Below are positions 1-9,619 of a stretch of 64,000 nucleotides of DNA, in pieces. A program made the translations under genes and the position numbers. This DNA comes from Candidatus Obscuribacteraceae bacterium (lineage in GTDB: Bacteria > Cyanobacteriota > Vampirovibrionia > Obscuribacterales > Obscuribacteraceae), in contig JBGAHS010000002.1 of NCBI GenBank assembly GCA_044226015.1, positions 883,435-947,434 of the forward strand, read 5' to 3'. The stretch's first letter is position 1. Every line of letters starts with the position of its first letter. The notes beneath the pieces are model-generated. The model searched no databases and was not told where the DNA came from. It saw only the letters and a list, made by a program, of their open reading frames with translations.

Positions 1-1
1 C

Positions 2-340
2 TCATCTGTTGATCTTTCCGCAATAAACACTGCTCAAAATATCGCAAATAACGTGGCGAAGAGTTTTTCGGGTGTGACCGTAAAAACTGTGAATACAAGG
101 ATTGTTCGCAGCGACACTCAAACCAACGCAATTCAAGTATATACAAGCAAGCTGCCAACACCAGCTGATACCAGCAGATATGTATATGTAATGGAGACCA
201 CAGTGGCAGGCTCAATTCTGCCAATTATCCAAGGTCACAGCGCAGGATTATTCGGTACAATACCAGGGCTGACAGCTCCGATGGAAGTGCAAGCCACATC
301 GAGAAAAGTGGCTGAGAATCCGCAGGGACTCAATCTCTAA
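2..340 (+). CDS. TadE-like pseudopilin, C-terminal part (5' truncated by window edge)
   Basis: Frame is open from position 2 to TAA at 338-340 and lies 16 nt upstream of a TadG/vWA gene; product inferred from context. Confidence 0.55.
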   Translation, partial: SSVDLSAINTAQNIANNVAKSFSGVTVKTVNTRIVRSDTQTNAIQVYTSKLPTPADTSRYVYVMETTVAGSILPIIQGHSAGLFGTIPGLTAPMEVQATSRKVAENPQGLNL

Positions 341-356
341 TACACCGAGGAATTTT

Positions 357-2120
357 ATGGTACGGGTTCGAAAACAGCGTGGGCAAAGCCTGATCATCAT
401 GATCTTCGTAATGGCTTTCCTGATACTCGGCGTGGCAGGTATGTTTACTTTCGAGATCACGCGAGCGAACCTGGCACGCGAGCAGCTTCGTTCTGCTTGC
501 CAGGCAGCAGCTCTTGCTGGCGCAGCAACATTAGCCAGTTCAGATTTGAGTGACCCAAAACAAGCGCAGCTAGATGCCATAAGTGCTGCAATGGTTGTAT
601 TCAAGAAAAACCTCGTCATAGGACAACCATTAACCTCCGCTACGCAAAGTGGCTCAATTAACCCACTCTTTGCTAACAAGACCCCAAACGCCAGCATGGT
701 GTTTTTTGAGTTTTTAGATCCCAACCAGGACAACAAAGTAGTCACCCTGGGCGACGCAGATGGAAAAGTCTTGCGGGTAACATCCTCCTTTGGCTTGAAA
801 CCAAGCTTCGCATCTTACCTCGGACTCAGCACGCTGCCAATCGAAGGAATCGCTTCTGCTGGTGTTCCACAACTCGACATTGTTCTTTGCTTTGATGTCT
901 CCGGTTCTATCGACGACCAGACCAAGGTAACCTTTGTGAAACGCACCTGGAATGGTGCCACAGGAAAAAATAACTACACAATAACGAACGCCAAACCAGG
1001 TGCTCCGGCAGGCAACCTCGCCGAAGGCACCATCTTTGATATTTTAAAACCACCAGCAACAGGTACTGGATTTAACGCGGACTATCCACAAGGTCTTTCT
1101 GCGGCCCAATCTGGTGGAAGCTACCCACTGAGCTTTTCGGAAGCTGGAGCAGCACCAGGTTTACGCGGCAAAACTAATGCAGGCTCTCCACCAGGAAATT
1201 ACCCGGGACAGGGCGCGGGAACGGGGAATCAATATACATTCACTGACCTTGTAGTAAATATTGATGGCAATACGCATTTCAATGGTTTCAACTCAAACGG
1301 CTATAGCTTCCCAGACCTCGGAACACTAGTTGAAGCTGCCCGTGGAAACCTGGAAGACCAAAATGTTTTCACCGCCAGCAAAGCCGACACAGCACTTACA
1401 GTTCTGCCAAAATCAGGTTATCAGGCTGAGTATTTTAAGAACGCATACAAAAACACACATCCAATTTATGATGCACAACAAGCAGCTGAGCTTTTTTACA
1501 CAATTTTGAATCACGACACTGATGCACATTTTGGATTGGTCTGCTTTAACGGAACCGCTGGAACATCAGCTACCGACTCAACCTCAGACGATAATGTAGA
1601 TTCAAACTACAAGGTTGCTGGCAGCGATAAATTTCCAAAGCCGAACATTTCTGTTGTGCAAACTAAGGGTGTAAGTAATTTCAATTCTGTGATTTCTGCG
1701 CTACCTAACCTGAGAGCTGGTGGCAACACGAACATTGGTGATGCGGTCAAGAAAGCAATAGATCAACTAAAAACCAACAGCAGAATTGGTGCGCGCAAAG
1801 CAATAATCGTATTTACAGATGGTCAGCCAACAGCTGGAAGTCCGTTGGATTCCGACCCGTGGACGAATGCCAGAAAAGCAGCGAAGCTTGCAAAAGACGA
1901 AGGTATTCCAATTTACACAATTGGATTAGCACAAACTCCCGCCATCATCGATGGCGAAAAGAAGATCCTCAACGACTGGGACAACAACCAGAGCACAGGT
2001 GGAATAGCAGCAATTGCTGGAAACGGCGGACGATTTTTTCTTGTAACCAACCAACAAAACTTGCGTTTGGTTTTTGAAAACCTGGCTAGACAACTCGTTC
2101 TTCTGGTGAGAGGACAATGA
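357..2120 (+). CDS. TadG-like pilus protein with von Willebrand A domain
   Basis: Prepilin-like N-terminus KQRG|QSLII with TM, Tad motif LRSACQAAALAGA, MIDAS residues DVSGS, GGNTN and FTDG; RBS GAGG upstream. Confidence 0.85.
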   Translation: MVRVRKQRGQSLIIMIFVMAFLILGVAGMFTFEITRANLAREQLRSACQAAALAGAATLASSDLSDPKQAQLDAISAAMVVFKKNLVIGQPLTSATQSGSINPLFANKTPNASMVFFEFLDPNQDNKVVTLGDADGKVLRVTSSFGLKPSFASYLGLSTLPIEGIASAGVPQLDIVLCFDVSGSIDDQTKVTFVKRTWNGATGKNNYTITNAKPGAPAGNLAEGTIFDILKPPATGTGFNADYPQGLSAAQSGGSYPLSFSEAGAAPGLRGKTNAGSPPGNYPGQGAGTGNQYTFTDLVVNIDGNTHFNGFNSNGYSFPDLGTLVEAARGNLEDQNVFTASKADTALTVLPKSGYQAEYFKNAYKNTHPIYDAQQAAELFYTILNHDTDAHFGLVCFNGTAGTSATDSTSDDNVDSNYKVAGSDKFPKPNISVVQTKGVSNFNSVISALPNLRAGGNTNIGDAVKKAIDQLKTNSRIGARKAIIVFTDGQPTAGSPLDSDPWTNARKAAKLAKDEGIPIYTIGLAQTPAIIDGEKKILNDWDNNQSTGGIAAIAGNGGRFFLVTNQQNLRLVFENLARQLVLLVRGQ

Positions 2121-2599
2121 GATCACGAACTCAAAAGCGCAGCAAAAAAGGTGTGCAACTCATTGAAGTGGCCGCAAGCGCTGTTGCTTTAACTGTGATG
2201 ACTATCCTTTGTATCGATGCCTGCGTAGTGGTGCTTGGGTTTATGTTTAACGATGCGGCATGTCGTGACGCAGCTAGAGCAGCAAGCCAGGCAAACACAC
2301 TTACCAACGCTATTTCTATAGCCAAAACGACAGTAGCCGCCCACAAGGGAGATGGCATGTTCTGGAGCACCCCGGTAGTAACAAACAGCGACGTAGAGTT
2401 TCAAGACTTTGGTGGAAAAATTACCGCGACTGATGTTCCATACGTAACAGTAACAACAAATTGTTCAATTAAGATGCCGGCGCCGCTGTTCTTTTTGGGC
2501 GCAAATCTAAAACCAGATGGTTCGTTTAACTCAACTTGTCACTATACTTTTCCATTGACGAACATCACTCTAACTATTCCAGGCGAAAGCCAAAATTAG
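2117..2599 (+). CDS. TadE-like pseudopilin
   Basis: KKG|VQLIE prepilin motif (G-1, E+5), TM helix, ACRDAARAAS; ATGA overlap with upstream gene. Confidence 0.85.
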   Translation: MRSRTQKRSKKGVQLIEVAASAVALTVMTILCIDACVVVLGFMFNDAACRDAARAASQANTLTNAISIAKTTVAAHKGDGMFWSTPVVTNSDVEFQDFGGKITATDVPYVTVTTNCSIKMPAPLFFLGANLKPDGSFNSTCHYTFPLTNITLTIPGESQN

Positions 2600-2639
2600 C
2601 GCATCTAAGCGTGCGATGGATACTGAAAAATTTGCTAGC

Positions 2640-2675
2640 AAACAAAAACCCGGTTTCAGAAAAGGAAACCAGGTT
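2640..2675 (-). terminator. Intrinsic terminator for the minus-strand gene ending at 2749
   Basis: 11-bp stem (2647-2657/2665-2675, fully paired with one G-U on the minus strand) followed by TTTGTTT on the minus strand. Confidence 0.6.
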
Positions 2676-2748
2676 ATTCAAATTGATTTGAGAGTTTGTG
2701 AGGCAAGTAATGTGTAGCGGAAATTATTCCACCTGGAGCCGGCCCAGG

Positions 2749-3078
2749 TTAAGCCGCCCAGAAAATTGTGACCTTAGCAGGTGCTACTACGTTGGAATTC
2801 ATACCATGAAACTCAACTGCATTCGGGTCAAATTGAATAGTCTCTAGTAGTTCTTGAAGCTGAGTCAAACCATCTTTTTTAGCGACGATAACCGATGTCC
2901 AGAGTGCATCTAGTTCACTTTGCTGTACTTGTTCATTGTCTAAATGTGGGCTCCAGAAACCATTTTCGCTTAAAGAGATTGTGTGCACCCACACATGACC
3001 GATTGCTAGAAGTTTGTAGTAGAGAGAGCCGTGCTCAACAGTACCGTCAGCTGTCAGACCACAAGATTCTTTAGCCAT
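2749..3078 (-). CDS. Hypothetical protein, about 109 aa (MAKESCGLTADG...)
   Basis: Internal ATG at 3078 has GGGAG upstream; the longer GTG extension to 3198 looks non-coding. Confidence 0.6.
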   Translation of the reverse strand: MAKESCGLTADGTVEHGSLYYKLLAIGHVWVHTISLSENGFWSPHLDNEQVQQSELDALWTSVIVAKKDGLTQLQELLETIQFDPNAVEFHGMNSNVVAPAKVTIFWAA

Positions 3079-3488
3079 TACAGGAGTCTCCCATTGCTTC
3101 ACCCAAATGAAGAATACAAAACCATTAGTGCAATAAACGTGCAAGACTTGCACTCTCGGCTCTTTTTTCTTAGACCGAAAACCAGAGCAGTCGCTCACCT
3201 ACCGAGTTGTAAGTAATCAAGCTTAACGCTTGTTTTTGGCATTCGCATCGGAGCAACAAACTCGGTTGCCGCCTGCTCGCGTCGTGCGGATGTATTGAGG
3301 AAAGTCGTAAAAGTCGCTGACTGTGCTCAAACACAGGGAACGAAAGCGTTTCTCAACAGTGAACTGACTCCGTCAATGGGACTTACCGCCCCCAAATTCA
3401 TCAACAGGAAGACCGAAAACCCCAAAAGGCTTGTCTTGCCATAGTTCGTAAACTCGTTGCGCAAGCCCGCAAACATCGCCAAAAATTA

Positions 3489-3516
3489 TTGAAACATTTT
3501 TAAGCCTGCCTATAAT
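3489..3516 (+). promoter_or_regulatory. Sigma70-type promoter for the Cys-repeat gene
   Basis: TTGAAA-N16-TATAAT about 95 nt upstream of ATG 3610. Confidence 0.55.
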
Positions 3517-3609
3517 TCTGATCGTTACTAACTCAACTTCTGCAAAGCCACGCCTGAGAAGGCGTGCGTTCCTTTGCGTTTTCCGGGTGCCAATGGGAGG
3601 GAACTTACT

Positions 3610-4647
3610 ATGTCAGCAGAAAAAAGCTCAATTGTCGAAAGCAGAGAAAACAACTCGAAAGATCTTGATTCAAGATTAGTCAGTGACGCACTAGACCTTC
3701 TTTCGAGATTCGATTCAAAGCAACACGCTGCTCAGAAAGAGCTACCGCCTCAGTTCGACAATAAGTGCATCAGCAATCTCAATGACAAAGACATCAATGC
3801 TTGCGTCGCGCGCCATGAAAAGCCATTGTTCCCACAAGCACCTGATGGTGACAAGGACATCAACGCTTGCGTGGCTCGCCATGAGAAGCCATCGTTCCCA
3901 CAAAGTCCTGGTGGTGATAAGGACATCAACGCTTGCGTGGCTCGCCATGAGAAACCATCGTTTCCACAAAGTCCTGGTGGTGACAAAGACATCAACGCTT
4001 GCGTCGCGCGCCATGAGAAACCCTTGTTCCCAAACAAGCCCGAAACTCCCAAAGATGGTGGCACAGGAAAGCCTCACCCGGGCAACGACGGGCTTTATGC
4101 CTGTTCCAATAAAATAGAGATCCCCAAAGATGGTGGCACAGGAAAGCCTCACCCGGGCAACGACGGGCTTTATGCCTGCTCCAACAAAATTGAGATCCCC
4201 AAAGACGGCAAGGGTCAAGGACACCCGGGTAACGATGGCGTTTACGCATGCTCCAACAAAATTGAGATCCCCAAAGATGGTGGCAAGGGTCAAGGACACC
4301 CCGGAAACGATGGCGTTTACGCCTGCTCCAACAAAATTGAGATCCCCAAAGACGGCAAGGGTCAAGGACACCCTGGAAACGATGGCGTTTACGCCTGCTC
4401 CAACAAAATTGAGATCCCCAAAGACGGCAAGGGTCAGGCACACCCGGGCAACGATGGGCTTCATGCTTGCTCCAACAAAATCGAGATCCCCAAGCAAGAG
4501 AATCACGCACCTTCACACCCACAGATAGACAAAACTCCTAGACCCGAATCTCCCCAAACGCCGGCACCAAAGGAATTACCCTCGAAACCTGAACAAAAGA
4601 ATCACCTGCTAGACCTTCTCAAGCAAGAATTGAAAACCAACAGATAG
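3610..4647 (+). CDS. Cys-repeat protein, 345 aa, candidate multi-core peptide precursor or metal-binding protein
   Basis: GGGAGG RBS before ATG 3610; 4 DKDINACVARHEKP repeats and 6 HPGNDGxxACSNKIEIPK repeats; much of the variation between copies is synonymous in this frame. Confidence 0.8.
   Translation: MSAEKSSIVESRENNSKDLDSRLVSDALDLLSRFDSKQHAAQKELPPQFDNKCISNLNDKDINACVARHEKPLFPQAPDGDKDINACVARHEKPSFPQSPGGDKDINACVARHEKPSFPQSPGGDKDINACVARHEKPLFPNKPETPKDGGTGKPHPGNDGLYACSNKIEIPKDGGTGKPHPGNDGLYACSNKIEIPKDGKGQGHPGNDGVYACSNKIEIPKDGGKGQGHPGNDGVYACSNKIEIPKDGKGQGHPGNDGVYACSNKIEIPKDGKGQAHPGNDGLHACSNKIEIPKQENHAPSHPQIDKTPRPESPQTPAPKELPSKPEQKNHLLDLLKQELKTNR
3784..4035 (+). repeat. Coding tandem repeat family A, 66 nt x 4
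   Basis: Units start at 3784, 3850, 3916 and 3982 (last one partial). Confidence 0.95.
4048..4494 (+). repeat. Coding tandem repeat family B, 72-75 nt x 6
   Basis: His codons of HPGNDG at 4075, 4150, 4222, 4297, 4369 and 4441. Confidence 0.95.
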
Positions 4648-4718
4648 CATTTAGGCAACAATGCTATATACAACTGGAAATTGCGGTGATACCATAGGTA
4701 GGGTCGCCAGGAGAATTT

Positions 4719-4844
4719 ATGCGTTCACTGCCAGGATTTTTGTACCTTGTGTTTGCATCACCAATCGCCTGCTTAGCGCTATTGGCTCGCATTAACCAAC
4801 TTCTGAATTTGGTTGACCCTGCGTACAAGAAAAAGCATCGCTGA
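4719..4844 (+). CDS. Small 41-aa membrane protein, not in ORF track
   Basis: AGGAG RBS 5 nt before ATG; MRSLPGFLYLVFASPIACLALLARINQLLNLVDPAYKKKHR has one hydrophobic helix and a basic tail. Confidence 0.55.
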   Translation: MRSLPGFLYLVFASPIACLALLARINQLLNLVDPAYKKKHR

Positions 4845-4857
4845 ACTCAACTTGAAG

Positions 4858-6033
4858 CTAGACGCTCACATTCATAAGCTCATTTTGGGCTTGCATAGTC
4901 TTTTGAAAAGCTGTCTGCAGATGATTCATAAACTCACCCACAGGCACATCATCAGAAATAAACGACTGGCTTGCACTTCCAAGTGCCGCGTCAGCTGCAT
5001 TGAGAATTGAACGAACACTCTTCACTTTGTCAGCCATGCCTTCATTGGATTTCATGGCTTTCAACTGTGTCTCGATCGCAGCGCGCATTTCAGCCATTCC
5101 TACAATAAGACCCACGGCTGAGGCTTTCTCAAAAGCCTCTTCAAAGCGCGATTGCGTAACCAATCTCTCAGCCGTTTCTATGCTGAATTGAGCCAGGGAC
5201 AAATCAACTTTCACACCGTCAGGCTGTTTATAGTTCTCTAGAATTTGCTTGGAACTATGGAGAACGACCTTAGCCCGCTCTTCCGCTGGATCTACTTCAA
5301 GCTTTTCCGCTTCTTCCTTCTTCTCGGTTTCAACTGCCTCTGCAATAGTAGCAGCAGCTAATGCAAGCTCATTAACCGACTCAGCTTGTGAAGGCGAAAA
5401 GTCCTGCTCGAGCACTTTTTCTGTGGCAGCCTCGCTGAGTTCAGTCGCAACAGAGCTGGCATTCGGCGAAGAAGCAGTAGCCGCACTCGGCTCGTCATTT
5501 GCAGCTCTCTCAATTGCCGCCTCACTCAACTCGGTGCTAACTGTACTTGTATCTGAATGCGGCACCGCTGGAAATGAACCAGAAGTACCGCTACGTCGCC
5601 GTGCTTCGACAGCTCTTTGCGCCGCCGCAGCGGCTTCCTTTGCCTTAGCGACCTTTTCGTTTTTAGCCTGACGTGCAGTAGCTAGCGCCTCTTCTCGCTT
5701 GCGTCGTGCAAGTTCGATCTCAGAAACCGGCTCAGCCGATGGTGTTGCAGCAGGTTGCGCAAGCGGTTTCTCCGAAGCGCTGGAGCTGCCATGGGTTCCA
5801 GAGACAGGCTCGGACGAACCACTATTTGCGCCGCTTGCAGCCGAATGCTTCGCACGAGCAACAGATTCACCGCCGTCACTTCTCGACGACTCACCCTCAG
5901 TCACTTTTGGTCGCAAATCCTCACGAAAGCGATTTTGCTCCTCCGCCTTACGTTGGAGATATCGCCTAGTCAAGAGAGCGGCAATGGTGCAAGAACCTGC
6001 AATAGTTAAAACGCGAAATATAATTGGAAACAT
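4858..6033 (-). CDS. Membrane-anchored Ala/Glu-rich helical hypothetical protein
   Basis: N-terminal TM (IIFRVLTIAGSCTIAALL) followed by RRYLQRK, a low-complexity linker and a helical C-terminal domain; start uncertain. Confidence 0.7.
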   Translation of the reverse strand: MFPIIFRVLTIAGSCTIAALLTRRYLQRKAEEQNRFREDLRPKVTEGESSRSDGGESVARAKHSAASGANSGSSEPVSGTHGSSSASEKPLAQPAATPSAEPVSEIELARRKREEALATARQAKNEKVAKAKEAAAAAQRAVEARRRSGTSGSFPAVPHSDTSTVSTELSEAAIERAANDEPSAATASSPNASSVATELSEAATEKVLEQDFSPSQAESVNELALAAATIAEAVETEKKEEAEKLEVDPAEERAKVVLHSSKQILENYKQPDGVKVDLSLAQFSIETAERLVTQSRFEEAFEKASAVGLIVGMAEMRAAIETQLKAMKSNEGMADKVKSVRSILNAADAALGSASQSFISDDVPVGEFMNHLQTAFQKTMQAQNELMNVSV

Positions 6034-6204
6034 AGCTGACCATCGTTCCAAAAGGGCTGAGCGCATATACACACTTTATTCAATTGTATCAGTCCCTGTG
6101 CCGAATAAAATCAAACCTTGCTTACGCAAGGCGCTAAGCAGCAAGTATTTAAGGCAAAACAAGCCACGGGCTGCGAAAATACAATCTATCATTTGGCGCA
6201 GATT

Positions 6205-7638
6205 ATGAACTCCAGCTGTTCACAATTTTTGCTCGACGCCGTACTCGAAGACAAATTTGGTCTCGAGTCGTTTCGCATCAAGCAGAAAGAAGTAATCGAC
6301 GCGCTCATGGAAGGCAAACACACGCTAGCACTGTTGCCGACAGGTTACGGAAAATCACTGTGTTATCAGGTTCCTAGCCAGATTTTGCAAGGAACGACTA
6401 TTGTTGTCTCCCCATTGATTGCTTTGATGCAAGATCAATTAAGTGGACTTTCACGACGCGGAATATACAACGCTACAAGCCTGAACAGCAGCATAAGCAC
6501 TTACGAGCTTGAGGAACGTTTCGACGGTATCAAAAGTGGAGACATAAAGCTCGTTTATGTAGCGCCTGAGCGATTTGAATCTCCGCGTTTTCGTAAGCTG
6601 CTAGAGCAAATAAAAGTATCACTGGTGGTAATCGACGAAGCGCACTGCATCAGCGAATGGGGACATGATTTCAGGTTGCAATACAGAAATTTGAGCACCT
6701 ACCTGGCTCGATTTAAGGGCGCCACAATTTTGGCATTAACAGCAACAGCAACACCTCAAACGCAGCGAGATATCGTGAAAACACTCGGACTGCCACGCAT
6801 GCAAATAATTAGCGCAAATTTCGATCGCCCAAACCTTCGCTATGACGTAAAGGCACTCGGTTCTCCAGCGGAGAAAGATAAGCACCTCGTCTCGCTGCTA
6901 GATAAGCATCGCGGCTCTGCGATCGTCTACACTTCTAGCAGGAAAGAGGTTGAAAGAGTTGCCGGACTTCTGCAATCTAACGGCTTTGCAGCGTGTCATT
7001 ATCACGCAGGGCTGGATAGTACTCAAAGACAGAGAACGCAACGAGATTTTGAAACCGAGAAGAAGTCGATCATAGTTTCAACTGTCGCATTCGGCATGGG
7101 AATTGATAAAGCTAATATTCGGCAGGTCATTCATTTCAACATGCCACCGTCTCTGGAAAACTATTACCAGGAAGCTGGTCGCGCCGGGCGTGATGGCGAA
7201 AGTGCTCTTTGTTCGCTTCTATACCAGGCTAAAGACATAAGTACGCTGAAATGGCTCGTAAGCAGAAACTACCCTAGCGAAGATGAGCTGAACATGATTT
7301 TTAACGAGATACACAAACAGGGCATGAACCCGATTCGCGTTTTTGAATTGAGTCAGCGCTTGTCGGTCGGCGAAGGCGCGCTTCTAGCAGGTCTGTCGTT
7401 ATTGCGAAACCTCCAGCTAATTGACGCCACTGCAGATGGTGCATATTTTGACAGACATTGTGGAGCGGCTCCGAAAATTGATATGACGACATTACATCAA
7501 CGAAAGCAGCACGAACTCGATCGCTTGCAACACATGATTAATTACAGCAGCGCTGGGCGATGCCGAAGGGAAAGCATTTTGGATTATTTTGGGCAAGCGC
7601 TTCAATATCCCTGCTCGGGATGTGATGTTTGCTATTAG
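6205..7638 (+). CDS. recQ: RecQ-family ATP-dependent DNA helicase, short form without HRDC
   Basis: LPTGYGKSLCYQ, DEAHCISEWGHDFR, LTATA, YQEAGRAGRDG and Zn-binding CRR...CSGCDVC. Confidence 0.92.
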   Translation: MNSSCSQFLLDAVLEDKFGLESFRIKQKEVIDALMEGKHTLALLPTGYGKSLCYQVPSQILQGTTIVVSPLIALMQDQLSGLSRRGIYNATSLNSSISTYELEERFDGIKSGDIKLVYVAPERFESPRFRKLLEQIKVSLVVIDEAHCISEWGHDFRLQYRNLSTYLARFKGATILALTATATPQTQRDIVKTLGLPRMQIISANFDRPNLRYDVKALGSPAEKDKHLVSLLDKHRGSAIVYTSSRKEVERVAGLLQSNGFAACHYHAGLDSTQRQRTQRDFETEKKSIIVSTVAFGMGIDKANIRQVIHFNMPPSLENYYQEAGRAGRDGESALCSLLYQAKDISTLKWLVSRNYPSEDELNMIFNEIHKQGMNPIRVFELSQRLSVGEGALLAGLSLLRNLQLIDATADGAYFDRHCGAAPKIDMTTLHQRKQHELDRLQHMINYSSAGRCRRESILDYFGQALQYPCSGCDVCY

Positions 7639-7799
7639 AGGATCCCTGCTTCTCACGAATGCTGTGCCAGCGAGTACTTTAACGAATACTTCCCCTATAA
7701 CTTGCAACCCGTTTATTAGCCTAGCCAAAACAGTGCTTAGGACTGGTGGACTGGACACATGCGTCATAATTCGGATCGTTCGGCGACGTGCGTGAGTGC

Positions 7800-9368
7800 T
7801 CATTCAGCGATTGTTATGGAACCGCCAGATTCCTCTAATACGCGATTTGCGTTAGTTCGCGTTTTAGCACCGTGCTCAGCGAGCATTGAGGCAATATCAG
7901 TGTGCCCGTTTCGAAGGGCAACATCCAGGGGGGTATATCCCCAGCCATCTTCCGAATTCAGATTTACACCCAATTCGAGAAGGTACTGCACCACATTCAA
8001 ACGACCTTCGTTTGAGGCAAGATGGAGGGCAGTGCATCCATTGTAGTCTTGAATATCAGGATCTAAACCGCCAGCAATGAGGCGGCGCATTTCATTCAAA
8101 TCACCTTCCATTGCAGCAGAACAAAACGCAATGACTCCAGCATATTTGGCTTCATGCCGATTGCGCCGAGGGTCGATGCGATCGTCCTTCAAACCGATGG
8201 TGCTATCGAATGCGTGAAACTTGAATCGAGCAGAGAGTCGCTTGCAAAAATCAATGCCACGAACTGAATTTCCCAGCTCATCCAAACGAGGTGACCAGAG
8301 AGCTATTCCCATCAGATTTGGAATGACAAGCAAAATAGCACCGGAAACACCACTCTTACCAGGAATTCCCACACGAAAAGCAAATTCACCAGAGAAATCA
8401 TACATACCGCAAGAAGACATAAGTGAAAGGCAATCTTTGACGTGATTTGATCTGAACACCTTGTTGCCAGTCAGAGGGCAGGTTCCGCCATTAGCCAAGG
8501 TAGCTGCAATCACCGACATTGCGCGGGTGGTGACTTCAATAGAACAACATTGAAAGTAGAAATCCAGAACATCCAAGATATCTACACCTTCAGGAAAAGC
8601 GCCCTTTTCTCGCATGAAATATGCAAGTGCAAAATTGCGATCTCCGGTTTGTCGTTCTGAAAGATATACAGCATTGTCAAAACCGACTTTCATATTGCCG
8701 GACAGGTCTTTCCACTTACTCATCACGAAGTCAAAACGATCTGACGCAGTAGAACCACGCCTAATCAAGGCACCACTCATGATGGCACCAGCATTGATCA
8801 TCGGGTTGTGAGGACGCCCCTTCGCGTTGAGAGTCAATTCGTTGAAGGTTTTGCCGCTCGGTTCTGTGCCAACATAATTGTGAACCTCATCCTCACCATT
8901 CTCATCCAGCGCCAGGCAATACGTGATGGGTTTAGAGCAAGACTGAACACAAAAGAAATCGTCTGCATCACCGATTGCAAATTGTTGACCATCGATAGAG
9001 CAAACCGCCATTGAGAATTTGTCTGGGTCGACGCGCGACAGCTGAGGAATGTAGTCCGCAAGGTCGCCTCCCTCGTTGGCGCGCACAATTTCGAAGATGT
9101 GCGCAAGTTCAGAGGAGAAGTTGGCAAAATGCGGAATCGACATTTGCCCACTCAGCACTTTGTCAAACAGGGCAGGAGAGCAAGCCTGGAGTTCACGGAA
9201 TTGTTCAGGTCCCAAATCAGTTTCGACAGCCTTCAATTTTCGAAAGAAGGCAGAGGCGCGGGGATCATTTTCCAGAATGCCAGCTTCCGAAAAGATTTCA
9301 TGGAGGGTTTGTCGAGAAACCTTTGCCCCTGAAGCATACGCTTTGAATAAATCGGTATTATCGGACAT
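7800..9368 (-). CDS. glsA: Glutaminase with N-terminal helical extension and C-terminal ankyrin repeats
   Basis: ADYIPQL, catalytic QSCSKP, NPMINAGA, GMYDFSG and KSGVSG; ankyrin motifs GCTALHLAS and GYTPLDVAL. Confidence 0.93.
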   Translation of the reverse strand: MSDNTDLFKAYASGAKVSRQTLHEIFSEAGILENDPRASAFFRKLKAVETDLGPEQFRELQACSPALFDKVLSGQMSIPHFANFSSELAHIFEIVRANEGGDLADYIPQLSRVDPDKFSMAVCSIDGQQFAIGDADDFFCVQSCSKPITYCLALDENGEDEVHNYVGTEPSGKTFNELTLNAKGRPHNPMINAGAIMSGALIRRGSTASDRFDFVMSKWKDLSGNMKVGFDNAVYLSERQTGDRNFALAYFMREKGAFPEGVDILDVLDFYFQCCSIEVTTRAMSVIAATLANGGTCPLTGNKVFRSNHVKDCLSLMSSCGMYDFSGEFAFRVGIPGKSGVSGAILLVIPNLMGIALWSPRLDELGNSVRGIDFCKRLSARFKFHAFDSTIGLKDDRIDPRRNRHEAKYAGVIAFCSAAMEGDLNEMRRLIAGGLDPDIQDYNGCTALHLASNEGRLNVVQYLLELGVNLNSEDGWGYTPLDVALRNGHTDIASMLAEHGAKTRTNANRVLEESGGSITIAE

Positions 9369-9466
9369 CTAACGCTCCAAAACGCCTGTCACAGCATTAT
9401 TCCCCGAATACTACAAGCTATTCTCCATTCATTTTCGGGTGAACTCTGAACCAGATTAACCGCCTC

Positions 9467-9564
9467 ATCTACCTGCCTGCACCCCCATTTGTCCTTTTAA
9501 GTGGGAGAACTACGTGCACTAAATCGCCATTCTTTGGCGCTCGATGTCCAGCCGGGCGGTAGAT
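9467..9564. ncRNA. Candidate structured RNA (multi-stem junction)
   Basis: Closing stem 9467-9477/9555-9564 encloses stems 9478-9482/9514-9518, 9484-9490/9499-9505 and 9525-9529/9535-9539; no family recognised. Confidence 0.3.
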
Positions 9565-9619
9565 TTGGATATTAGCGTTTAATGAGGAATAGCCATGCTA
9601 TCTCCCAACTAAGATGCAC

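Noticed and set aside
3130..3210. c-di-GMP-I riboswitch suggested by GGTCTAAG on the minus strand
   Set aside because: No upstream GAAA-tetraloop stem or GCAAA junction; only a loose hairpin
3784..4494. CRISPR array interpretation of the 66-75-nt repeats
   Set aside because: Units are contiguous, multiples of 3, in frame and lack unique spacers; no cas genes in the window
3742..4528. Alternative-frame and antisense ORFs over the repeat gene, and the many antisense ORFs over the giant genes
   Set aside because: Shadows of repetitive, codon-biased real genes; no RBS or motifs
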